Below are positions 28,752 to 36,919 of a DNA stretch of 64,000 nt, one piece after another. The stretch spans positions 67,514 through 131,513 of the forward strand of contig CAYTTY010000002.1 of the NCBI GenBank assembly GCA_964440935.1, in the 5' to 3' direction. The notes beneath the pieces were generated by a model. That model did no database searches, was not told the DNA's origin, and saw only the letters and a list, made by a program, of their open reading frames with translations. A program made the translations under genes and the position numbers. The DNA is from an uncultured Ignavibacteria bacterium. Lineage in GTDB: Bacteria; Zixibacteria; MSB-5A5; WJJR01. Position 1 is the stretch's first letter. Every line of letters begins with the position of its first letter.

Positions 28752-28912
28752 GACAGTCAGTGACGTGTGCGGCAACAAGTGAAGGGAATGACAGTCAGTG
28801 GCGTGTGCGGCAACAAGTGAAGCGTATGCCAATCAGTGAAGCGCGCGCCAACAAATGAAGCCTATGCCAATCAGGGAAGTGCGTGCCCACAAATGAAGTG
28901 AATGAGAACAGG
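28748..28912. repeat. Degenerate ~38-bp tandem repeat array (about 4.3 units)
   Basis: Unit 1 is gaatgacagtcagtgacgtgtgcggcaacaagtgaagg; unit 2 is gaatgacagtcagtggcgtgtgcggcaacaagtgaagc; unit 3 is gtatgccaatcagtgaagcgcgcgccaacaaatgaagc; unit 4 is ctatgccaatcagggaagtgcgtgcccacaaatgaagt; a partial fifth unit starts gaatgagaac. The array begins inside the right TIR of element B and lies about 50 bp upstream of the DUF58 gene. Confidence 0.55.
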
Positions 28913-28958
28913 TACGTTGAATCACAAACATGTAATGCGAACAACATCCAGATAACCC

Positions 28959-29840
28959 ATGCTCCCCAAAGAACTCATCGCCCAAATCCGACACATTGAG
29001 ATCCGAACCAACCGTCTGGTCAACGATCTCTTCGGTGGCGAATACCATTCGGTGTTCAAAGGGCAGGGGATGGAATTCGAAGAGGTGCGCGAATACCAGC
29101 CGGGCGATGAAGTCCGTCTGATTGATTGGAATGTCACCGCGCGTGCCGGGAAGCCGTTCATCAAGAAATTCCGTGAAGAGCGCGAGATGCTGGTGATGCT
29201 CCTTGTCGATCTCTCCGCCTCCGGCTTCTTCGGAACGCGTGCCAAATCGAAGAATCAAGTCGCGGCCGAAACCGCGGCGATTCTGGCGTTCTCCGCGATT
29301 AAGAACAACGATAAAGTCGGGATGATCGTCTTCACCGATCAGATCGAATTGTACATACCGCCGAAAAAGGGCCGGTCCCACGTCCTTCGGCTGATCCGGG
29401 AGATTCTCTACTTCAAGCCACAGCATCGCGGCACCGACATTCAGGGCGCACTGCAATTCTTCAGCCGGGTCACACCCCGCAAGGCCGTGGCGTTCTTGAT
29501 TTCCGACTTCTTTGACAGTGGGTATGAGAAAGATCTCTCGATTGCGCATCAGAAACACGATGTCATCGCCGTCAAAATCGAGGACCGCCGGGAACGCGAG
29601 TGGGTCGATGTCGGGTTGATTGAAGTGGAGGACTTTGAGACCGGCCAACGGCGCATCATCGACACCTCCAGCCGCCAGGCCCAGACGCATTTCGAGCAAA
29701 CCGTCTCAAGAATGGACTTGCACCGAAAGCGATTCTTTGATTCGATCAAGCTGGATGCGGTGACCGTGGCGACCGACAAACCGATTGCCGACAGTCTCGT
29801 ATCGTTTTTCCGCGAGCGCGAACGACGCTCGCGACGCTAA
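28959..29840 (+). CDS. DUF58 domain protein (vWA-like, MoxR partner)
   Basis: The motif EFEEVREYQPGDEVRLIDWNVTARAGKPFIKKFREERE is typical of DUF58. Confidence 0.85.
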   Translation: MLPKELIAQIRHIEIRTNRLVNDLFGGEYHSVFKGQGMEFEEVREYQPGDEVRLIDWNVTARAGKPFIKKFREEREMLVMLLVDLSASGFFGTRAKSKNQVAAETAAILAFSAIKNNDKVGMIVFTDQIELYIPPKKGRSHVLRLIREILYFKPQHRGTDIQGALQFFSRVTPRKAVAFLISDFFDSGYEKDLSIAHQKHDVIAVKIEDRREREWVDVGLIEVEDFETGQRRIIDTSSRQAQTHFEQTVSRMDLHRKRFFDSIKLDAVTVATDKPIADSLVSFFRERERRSRR

Positions 29841-29896
29841 ATTGGGGGCATGATCGCGAGAGGTTGAGACCTCCGCGACAGACAGGATGGTGAAGG

Positions 29897-30130
29897 ATGG
29901 ACGGATCGAATGCTGGGTTTCTCGTTGCGGTCTTTGGCTTGGGCGTGCAGGAACTGCTGCTGATTCTCCTTGCGGTTGTTTTCCTCTTCGGTGCCAAGAA
30001 GATCCCCGAAATCGCCCGTGGGCTGGGCAAAGGGATGAGCGAGTTCAAAAAAGGTGTTGGCGAGGGGCAGGAAGACACTGACAAGAAAGACAAAGACAAA
30101 GAGAAACCCCCGCCCAAGTCCACTGAGTAA
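29897..30130 (+). CDS. tatA: Sec-independent protein translocase subunit TatA/E
   Basis: The sequence [38 protein letters not shown] matches the TatA TM-hinge-amphipathic helix consensus (FG.KKLP..GR.LG). A GAAGG SD lies 5 nt upstream of the ATG. The true start might be the internal TTG/GTG (about 29939) that gives the canonical MGVQELL N-terminus. Confidence 0.7.
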   Translation: MDGSNAGFLVAVFGLGVQELLLILLAVVFLFGAKKIPEIARGLGKGMSEFKKGVGEGQEDTDKKDKDKEKPPPKSTE

Positions 30131-30272
30131 TCCCGGCCCGCCCCGTTCTTTGAACCGAACCCTTGGGCCGCCCGGTCGTATCATCAAGTAGTTGGGCGTC
30201 AGGCAATTGTCGCCCAGGATCGCCTGTTGTGGGACAACGACTAAGGCCGACTCGGGACACCGTTGCCAGCGT

Positions 30273-31307
30273 ATGCAAACGTCTCCAAAACGCACATTGA
30301 GGAGGTATTTCGGCCTGATCGCGGTCATTGCCGTGATGGTGATTGAGCTGGCGACCCCGGCGACTGCTCAAGTCGCCCCGGAAGTGGCGCTCTCGGTCGA
30401 CCGGCATGATATCACCGTCGGCGATCCGATTACCTATTCGCTCACCGTCCGCTACGATACATCGCTGAACATCATCGGCCCCGGGATTGGCAGCACCATC
30501 GGACCGTTTACGGTTCTGGGCGACACAACCCTGTGTGAGGGACAACGGCAAGAGAACCGGAAGGTCTATCAACGGCGTCTGAAACTCACCGCCTTCGAGA
30601 CCGGCGATCTGTGGATTCCGCCGTTATCGGGCGAGTTATTCGATTCGCTGGGGAATAGCACCACTTGGTCAACCGACTCGATGAATATCGCTGTGGTCTC
30701 CGTCCTCGGGGAGGTCGATCCCGATTCAGCCGATTTGCGCGCGCTCAAGAGTCAATACGAAGCGCCTGAACGGGTGTGGATATACTGGCTGATTGCCGGT
30801 GTGTTGATCCTTGCAGGGATCATCGCCTGGTGGCTCTGGCGACGGCGACGCAAAACGCTTGTCCCGGAACCGGTGCGTGTGATACCCGCTTGGGAGGTTG
30901 CTCTCACATCGCTCGAGGCGATGCGTCAGGAGATCGATCCCGCGACCGATGGTGGACGACTCTGGTATTTCCGACTCTCGGAAATCCTGCGCCGTTACTT
31001 CGATCAGCGTTACGGTTGGTCGAGCATCGACGAAACGACCTCCCAGCTATTGCGGCGCCTGTCGAATGCGCCCTTTGACTCACAGCATCAGGAGCGCGTC
31101 AAAGAGTTCTTTCGCGAAGCCGACCGCATTCGCTACGCCAAGACGCCCGCCACCGACGGACGGCCCGATATCGATTGGGAGTGGGTGCGCAACTTTGTTG
31201 AGTCGACACGGCAGCGATTTGAAGCGTCATCCGACGATGGCAATGGTCCGCAGCCACCAGACACGGAAACCGAACGTCAGACGCCCGCAGAGGAGGTTCG
31301 CGCGTGA
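30273..31307 (+). CDS. DUF4381-like single-pass membrane protein (paralog 2)
   Basis: Signal peptide MQTSPKRTLRRYFGLIAVIAVMVIELATPATAQ and an ectodomain. The TM helix VWIYWLIAGVLILAGIIAWWLW is followed by RRRRK and a cytoplasmic domain alignable with 26472..27338. The ORF track start at 30192 is rejected in favour of the signal-peptide start. Confidence 0.5.
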   Translation: MQTSPKRTLRRYFGLIAVIAVMVIELATPATAQVAPEVALSVDRHDITVGDPITYSLTVRYDTSLNIIGPGIGSTIGPFTVLGDTTLCEGQRQENRKVYQRRLKLTAFETGDLWIPPLSGELFDSLGNSTTWSTDSMNIAVVSVLGEVDPDSADLRALKSQYEAPERVWIYWLIAGVLILAGIIAWWLWRRRRKTLVPEPVRVIPAWEVALTSLEAMRQEIDPATDGGRLWYFRLSEILRRYFDQRYGWSSIDETTSQLLRRLSNAPFDSQHQERVKEFFREADRIRYAKTPATDGRPDIDWEWVRNFVESTRQRFEASSDDGNGPQPPDTETERQTPAEEVRA

Positions 31308-32299
31308 TCTTCAAGTTCGAACACCCGTGGTATCTCCTTGCGCTGCTGCTTGTCATTGGAGCGTTGGCGTTGCTGTGGTGGCGACGTGACCGCAATCGCC
31401 CGGTCGCATCATATTCGAATCTGGGATTGCTGGAGAAGGGCGGAACGACGTTGCGTTCGCGTGCGTGGTGGGTGCCGACCGCATTGCGCGTTCTGGCCTT
31501 GGTGTTGATGGTCGTCGCCATTGCCCGTCCACAGTCAGGGACATCGTCGCGGGAGATTACTTCCGAGGGAATCGACATCATGCTCGTCCTCGATGTGTCC
31601 GGGTCGATGAAAGCCGAAGACTTCAAGCCGAACAACCGTCTCTACGTAGCCAAGCAGGTCATCCGCGACTTTGTTGAAGGCCGCACCAATGACCGCATCG
31701 GCCTGGTCGTGTTTGCCGCGCAGTCGTTCACGCAGTGTCCGCTGACACTCGACTACGACGTCCTAACCGGCTTTCTCGATGATATCGACTTTGGAATGAT
31801 CGAAGACGGTACGGCCATCGGTATGGGGTTGGCCAACGCCATCAATCGTCTACGAGAGTCCGAGGCAAAAAGCAAGATTGTGATTCTTCTGACCGATGGT
31901 GTCAACAACCGCGGTGAAATCGATCCGTTGACCGCCGCACAAATGGCGGAAGCGATGGACGTCAAGGTGTACACAATTGGCGCCGGTAAACCCGGCAATG
32001 CGCTCTACCCGGTCGAGGATCCGGTCTTCGGAAAACGGTATGTGTACATCCCCAATGAGATCGATGAAGAGGTTTTGCAGCACATTGCACAGCAGACCGG
32101 CGGGCTGTACTACCGTGCGCAATCGGAACAGATGCTCGAGCGAGTGTATGAGGAAATCAGTTTGCTGGAGAAAACCGAAGTGAAGATCAAGGAGTATGTC
32201 CAGTACCGGGAGTTGTTCGTCTACTTCGCCATCGCCGCACTCGCTTGTGTGGTCATCGGGGGCGTACTGAGCACCACCTGGCTACGGACTTTACCGTAG
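31304..32299 (+). CDS. BatA-like von Willebrand factor A domain membrane protein
   Basis: GTG start with AGGAGG 7 nt upstream. The N-terminal TM is WYLLALLLVIGALALLWW, and the vWA MIDAS motif is DIMLVLDVSGSM, followed by LLTDGVNNRG. A C-terminal TM is present. Confidence 0.8.
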   Translation: MIFKFEHPWYLLALLLVIGALALLWWRRDRNRPVASYSNLGLLEKGGTTLRSRAWWVPTALRVLALVLMVVAIARPQSGTSSREITSEGIDIMLVLDVSGSMKAEDFKPNNRLYVAKQVIRDFVEGRTNDRIGLVVFAAQSFTQCPLTLDYDVLTGFLDDIDFGMIEDGTAIGMGLANAINRLRESEAKSKIVILLTDGVNNRGEIDPLTAAQMAEAMDVKVYTIGAGKPGNALYPVEDPVFGKRYVYIPNEIDEEVLQHIAQQTGGLYYRAQSEQMLERVYEEISLLEKTEVKIKEYVQYRELFVYFAIAALACVVIGGVLSTTWLRTLP

Positions 32300-32332
32300 G
32301 TCCTCTTGGACCTATTTGTTCTATAAGAGACT

Positions 32333-33397
32333 ATGCGTTTCGGCAACATCCAATGGTTCTGGGCCATGCTGGTGATTCCGGTGATCATCGGTTTGCTCTG
32401 GTATGCCGCGCATCGCCGCAAGCAACTCGCGTCGCGCTTCGCCGAGTGGTCATCGTGGTTGACCCTGACGCGCCACACCTGGCCGGCGGCGCGTCACTGG
32501 AAATCCGTACTGCTGGTGCTGGCGATGACCCTGGCCATCGTCGCGGCCGCGCGTCCGCAGTGGGGCGCTCGTGCCGTTGTGCTTGAGCGGCGTGGTCTGG
32601 ACATTGTGCTTGCGCTCGATGTCTCGCAATCAATGCTGGCCACCGACGTCCGTCCGAACCGCCTCGAACGCGCCAAACGCGAAATCACCGGCATCTTCGA
32701 TCGACTGAAAGGCGATCGCGTCGGGTTGGTGATATTCGCCGGCGATGCCTTTGTGCAATGCCCCCTGACACTCGATGCCGCGGCGGCGCGTCTCCTTCTC
32801 GACGCCGTCGATGCTCGCTCAGCCGGACGGCCCGGCACCGCCATCGACGAGGCGATCAAGGTCGCCACCGAGATGTATGAGGACGACGACACGAAGAAAT
32901 ACAAAACACTCATCCTCGTGACCGACGGCGAAGGGCATGAAGGCGATCCGCTCAAAGCCGCCAAGGCCGCTGCGGAAAAGGGTATTCGGATCTACGCGGT
33001 CGGCATCGGCACCCCGGCCGGTGAGCCGATTCCGGTGTATGACGAGGAAGGCAACGAAGTCGGATTCAAGAAGGACGAGAACGGGCAGGTTGTGCTATCG
33101 AAGCTCGATGAAGTGACGCTACAGAAGGTTGCATTGGCCACCAATGGCCGTTATTTCCGGGCCGGCCCATCGGGCATGGAACTCGATGAACTCTTTTCCG
33201 AGCTCGACAAACTCGAGAAACGGGAAATGGAGGGCCGGCTGTTCACCGAATTCGAGGAACGCTATCATTACTTCCTGATTCCGGCGTTTCTGTTCCTGTT
33301 GCTTGAATTGGTCGTGCCGGAAACACGAAGCGCCATTGGCGTGAGAGCGCGACGCTTCAACGAGGAAACAGATCAGCCGGCGAAACGTACATTGTAG
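32333..33397 (+). CDS. BatB-like vWA domain membrane protein
   Basis: Two N-terminal TMs, MIDAS motif DIVLALDVSQSM, and then ILVTDGEGHEG. Confidence 0.8.
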   Translation: MRFGNIQWFWAMLVIPVIIGLLWYAAHRRKQLASRFAEWSSWLTLTRHTWPAARHWKSVLLVLAMTLAIVAAARPQWGARAVVLERRGLDIVLALDVSQSMLATDVRPNRLERAKREITGIFDRLKGDRVGLVIFAGDAFVQCPLTLDAAAARLLLDAVDARSAGRPGTAIDEAIKVATEMYEDDDTKKYKTLILVTDGEGHEGDPLKAAKAAAEKGIRIYAVGIGTPAGEPIPVYDEEGNEVGFKKDENGQVVLSKLDEVTLQKVALATNGRYFRAGPSGMELDELFSELDKLEKREMEGRLFTEFEERYHYFLIPAFLFLLLELVVPETRSAIGVRARRFNEETDQPAKRTL

Positions 33398-33402
33398 ATT
33401 GG

Positions 33403-34230
33403 ATGATGAGACAGTTGCACTCACGATACATCACGCGTTTGGCGGCATGTGTTCTGGTGGCTGTGGCCATCTCCGGCCTTACACCAGCGCCAGTTCAGGC
33501 CGATGATTTCGCATCGCGCAACAACCGCGCAAACGATTTGGTCGAGGAGGGGCAGCTCGATCAGGCGCTACAGGAGTATCGCGAAATCAAGATCGAACAG
33601 CCCGAGAAGCCCGAACTCGATTACAACATTGCCAATGTCTATCATTTGAAAAATCAGTTCGATTCGGCCGCTACCGAATATCAGGATGCGCTTGCCTCGC
33701 TCGAAGGACCGGTCACGCCGAATGCATTCTACAATTTGGGTAACACGTTATTCCGGATGCAGCAATACGATTTGGCCGTCGAATCCTACAAGCAGGCATT
33801 GATGGATGATCCCGACGACGAGGATGCCAAGTACAACCTGGAGCTGGCGCTCCAAAAGCTGCAAGAGCAAGATTCAACACAGCAGCAACAGCAACAGGAT
33901 CAACAGAATCAAGAAGAGCAACCCGATTCGAATCAACAGCAGCAGGATCAACAGCAGCAGCCGGATTCAACGCAACAACAGCAGGATCAGGAGCAGCAGC
34001 AACAACAGGACCAACAGCAACAGGAACAACAATCGAAACAAGAACAGCCGCAGGGCCAGCCTCAACAGCAGGATCAAGCCCAGCAGCAACAACGTCAGCA
34101 GCAACAAGCGGGGATGAGCAAGGAGGATGCCGAACGCATTCTGGATGCACTGAGGCAACGGGAGTTGGAAGTGCAAAAACAGCGTTTGCAGCAAGAAGCG
34201 GTACCTGCAACGACGGAGAAAGACTGGTAA
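33403..34230 (+). CDS. BatC-like TPR protein with long Gln-rich low-complexity region
   Basis: Signal/TM at the N-terminus. TPR units are IANVYHLKNQFDSAATEYQDAL and FYNLGNTLFRMQQYDLAVESYKQAL. These are followed by about 100 aa of Q/D/E-rich low complexity (QQQQQQDQQNQEEQPDSNQQQQDQQQQPDSTQQQQ...). Confidence 0.6.
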   Translation: MMRQLHSRYITRLAACVLVAVAISGLTPAPVQADDFASRNNRANDLVEEGQLDQALQEYREIKIEQPEKPELDYNIANVYHLKNQFDSAATEYQDALASLEGPVTPNAFYNLGNTLFRMQQYDLAVESYKQALMDDPDDEDAKYNLELALQKLQEQDSTQQQQQQDQQNQEEQPDSNQQQQDQQQQPDSTQQQQDQEQQQQQDQQQQEQQSKQEQPQGQPQQQDQAQQQQRQQQQAGMSKEDAERILDALRQRELEVQKQRLQQEAVPATTEKDW

Positions 34231-34233
34231 GCG

Positions 34234-36048
34234 ATGGCACGTGTGCGCGTCATAGTCGGTCTGACCGCGATGGTTCTTGGAGTGCTGTGGTGTGCCGCAG
34301 CGCTCGCCGACACGCAAATCGAGGCCACCGTCGACCGCAAAAACGTATCGGTCGGTGATCCGATTCGATTGGAGATTATCGTCAGCAGCGACGAGGGCGA
34401 CATCGAGAATCCAACGTTCGCTGACATGCGTCCCTTCGAGATCTTTTCCTCCGGACGGACACAGAACATCCGTTGGATCAATGGTAAGATGTCGTCATCG
34501 ATCACGTTCGAATACGGTCTCCGTGCAATCACTGAAGGGGAGCACATCCTGGGTCCGGCAACGGTCAAGATCGGAAATGAGAGTTATGAAACCGATCCGA
34601 TCATCATTAAAGTTGCCCCGTCGCGCACCCGTCAGCCGGGACAGCAATCGCAACCGCAAGCGAGCGATGATGATGTCATTCGGGGTGCCGATTCGGATCA
34701 CCGGATTTTCATCACGGCGAAACTCGACCGCGACACCGCCTACGTCAATCAGGCGGTGACATACACGTTTCGGTTTTATCAAGGTGAACGTTTGCTGCAA
34801 AACCCCGAATACACCAAGCCGAATTTCCCCGGCTTCTGGGTGGAAGATCTTCCGCCGCAGCGCAAATTCAGCCAAGTGATCGACGGTGTGCGGTACCAGG
34901 TCACCGAGATTCGCTACGCGTTGTTTGCCACTGATGCCGGTCGTAAACGGATAAGTCCGGCACAACTCAAAGCCAAGGTGAGCGCCGGACGTTCGAACCG
35001 AAAACGGGGATTCTCGCCATTCGATGACGACTTCCTCGGCATCTTCGATCGCGGTGAGATTCTGCAATTGGCCACCGATCCCGTCACACTGACGGTCTTA
35101 CCGTTTCCGGAGGAGGGCAAGCCCAAGGACTTTGCCGGTCTGGTGGGGCGCTTCAGCCTGAGCGCCGATCTCGATTCGACATCGGTGACCGTCGGTGACC
35201 CGTTGACTGTTCGCCTGACCATCACCGGTGAGGGCAATATCGAAAGCGCACCAATGCCGTTGTTCGACACGTTGCCCGATCTGCGGACGTTTTCCGCTGG
35301 CTCACAGCAGGAAGTGTCGACAGAAGGGTATAAGATCAGTGGTACGAAAATCTATGAGCAGGTCTTCGTTCCACAACGGCCGGGAAAGTACCAGTTGCCA
35401 TCATTCTCACTCACATACTTCGAGCCGGGCTCCGGCCGATATCGGACATTGCATACCGACACGCTCGAATTCACGGCGGTGGGTGCAGCGGCCGACTTTA
35501 CCATCCCATCGTTGCGCTTGAATCCCGATGAACTCTCTGATTTGGCATCCGATGTGCGTTTCATTAAAACCGAAGCCAACGATTTGAGCACACACCGTGG
35601 TGTCGGTTTACTCGGCTGGCCGTTCTGGATTGGACACGCCCTCCCATTGCTGGGATTAGGCATCTTTCTGGGGTGGCGACGGCGCACGTTGAAAGCTGCG
35701 GCTGATCCGGTCGGACGCCGACGTCGCGGAGCGTATGCACACGCCGTGAACACGCTCAAGCTGGCCGAAAGCGATGGCCAGAAGCTGAGCATGGACCAAA
35801 TAGCATCGGCCTTGACCGATTATTTCAGTGACCGTTTCAATCGTCCCGCCCATGGAGCGCGCCGTCAGGACATCCGCGATGCATTGTTGGCCGACGGCGT
35901 CGATGAGGCCGCTGTCAGTGACTACCTGGCATTGCTGGATGAATGCGACCGGAGCAGGTACGGGCGGGCGGCCGACACCGATACCGTTGCCGATGCGGCC
36001 CAACGCGCGCGTGAGACACTGTCGCGCATGGAGGGCGTCACCGCGTGA
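34234..36048 (+). CDS. BatD-like (oxygen tolerance) protein
   Basis: 604 aa with a signal peptide. Two beta-sandwich-like repeats have similar starts (DRKNVSVGDPIRLEIIV and DSTSVTVGDPLTVRLTI). A C-terminal TM (WPFWIGHALPLLGLGIFLGW) is followed by RRR. The order after BatA/B/C fits the Bat operon. Confidence 0.6.
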   Translation: MARVRVIVGLTAMVLGVLWCAAALADTQIEATVDRKNVSVGDPIRLEIIVSSDEGDIENPTFADMRPFEIFSSGRTQNIRWINGKMSSSITFEYGLRAITEGEHILGPATVKIGNESYETDPIIIKVAPSRTRQPGQQSQPQASDDDVIRGADSDHRIFITAKLDRDTAYVNQAVTYTFRFYQGERLLQNPEYTKPNFPGFWVEDLPPQRKFSQVIDGVRYQVTEIRYALFATDAGRKRISPAQLKAKVSAGRSNRKRGFSPFDDDFLGIFDRGEILQLATDPVTLTVLPFPEEGKPKDFAGLVGRFSLSADLDSTSVTVGDPLTVRLTITGEGNIESAPMPLFDTLPDLRTFSAGSQQEVSTEGYKISGTKIYEQVFVPQRPGKYQLPSFSLTYFEPGSGRYRTLHTDTLEFTAVGAAADFTIPSLRLNPDELSDLASDVRFIKTEANDLSTHRGVGLLGWPFWIGHALPLLGLGIFLGWRRRTLKAAADPVGRRRRGAYAHAVNTLKLAESDGQKLSMDQIASALTDYFSDRFNRPAHGARRQDIRDALLADGVDEAAVSDYLALLDECDRSRYGRAADTDTVADAAQRARETLSRMEGVTA

Positions 36049-36821
36049 GGGCGTCACGGCTCATTGGCTGGTTCATGCTCGGGGTTGCCCTGGCGACTCT
36101 TTTGGTGTCGTCATCCACCGTCAGCGCACAGGATCCGGGGGCCATCTTTGATCAAGCCGTGTCTGCGTACCAGCGCGGACGGTTTGATTCCGCCGCCGTC
36201 GGTTTCCAGCAGTTGGTGCGCGGTGGAATCAACGATCCCCGCGTCTGGCACAATCTGGGGAACTGCTACTACAAGCTCGGCAACATCGGACACGCCCTCG
36301 TTGCCTATAAACGCGGACTGCGCCTCGATCCTCGCGACCCCGACCTCAACGCCAATTTCCGCTTTGTGAAGCTCTTTGCGTCCGATAAGATCGCGCCGGT
36401 CGGAGAGTTCTTCCTGGAAAAATGGTGGCAGCAGTTGGTCGCTAATTTCTCTGTGTATGAGACACGCTGGTTGGCCGGTGTCCTATTCTGGATCGCAGGC
36501 GCATTCACGGTTTGGAAGCTCTGGCCGGGACGGCCTTTCCAGCGTATCGTCGTTCCTCTTGTGATCGTGTGGGGGCTTTGGGGTGTCACGACGGCCATGG
36601 CGGCGACCGCGTATGTCCGTGATCATGTGACCCAATCCGGCGCGATTGTGGTCACTCAGACCAATGTCCGAGGCGGTCCCGGTGAGGAGTATGCCCTTCA
36701 ATTTGTCGCCCACGATGGGTTGTTGGGCACGGTCGAGCGCCAGCAAGGGGACTGGTATCTTGTCCGCTTCCCCAATGGCCTCAAGGGCTGGGTCCCCGTC
36801 GAGGACTTCGAGATCATCTAA
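36045..36821 (+). CDS. BatE-like TPR plus SH3b membrane protein
   Basis: GTG start overlapping the batD stop. N-terminal TM and TPR units (VWHNLGNCYYKLGNIGHALVAYKRGLRLDP). Two further TMs and a C-terminal SH3b-like segment (GDWYLVRFPNGLKGWVPVEDFE). Confidence 0.55.
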   Translation: MRASRLIGWFMLGVALATLLVSSSTVSAQDPGAIFDQAVSAYQRGRFDSAAVGFQQLVRGGINDPRVWHNLGNCYYKLGNIGHALVAYKRGLRLDPRDPDLNANFRFVKLFASDKIAPVGEFFLEKWWQQLVANFSVYETRWLAGVLFWIAGAFTVWKLWPGRPFQRIVVPLVIVWGLWGVTTAMAATAYVRDHVTQSGAIVVTQTNVRGGPGEEYALQFVAHDGLLGTVERQQGDWYLVRFPNGLKGWVPVEDFEII

Positions 36822-36919
36822 GCGCCTTGCCCCACGCCGTCTGCTCCGGTAATTTCCCGTTGATCCCGAGGCAGCCCCGCGCACTCTCACCAACACGCAA
36901 ACCTCGGAGTCGGATTGAT

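Noticed and set aside
28465-28782. 105-aa ORF and a minus-strand 64-aa ORF spanning MITE copy B
   Set aside because: They run through terminal inverted repeats and shared repeat modules. The translation is a repeat read-through with no protein features.
28748-28912. Considered whether the 38-bp tandem array is a small CRISPR array
   Set aside because: Whole units, not just alternate segments, are similar to each other (units 1 and 2 match at 36 of 38). There is no constant-repeat and unique-spacer alternation, no leader and no cas genes nearby.
33890-34120. Q-rich region considered as a non-coding microsatellite; plus-strand ORF 33806..34117 and minus-strand ORFs 33713..34240 and 33967..34317
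   Set aside because: It lies in frame within the TPR protein (33403..34230), with a coherent signal and TPR upstream and a coiled-coil ending downstream. The alternative frames translate to repeat artefacts (S/N/R-rich or L-rich).
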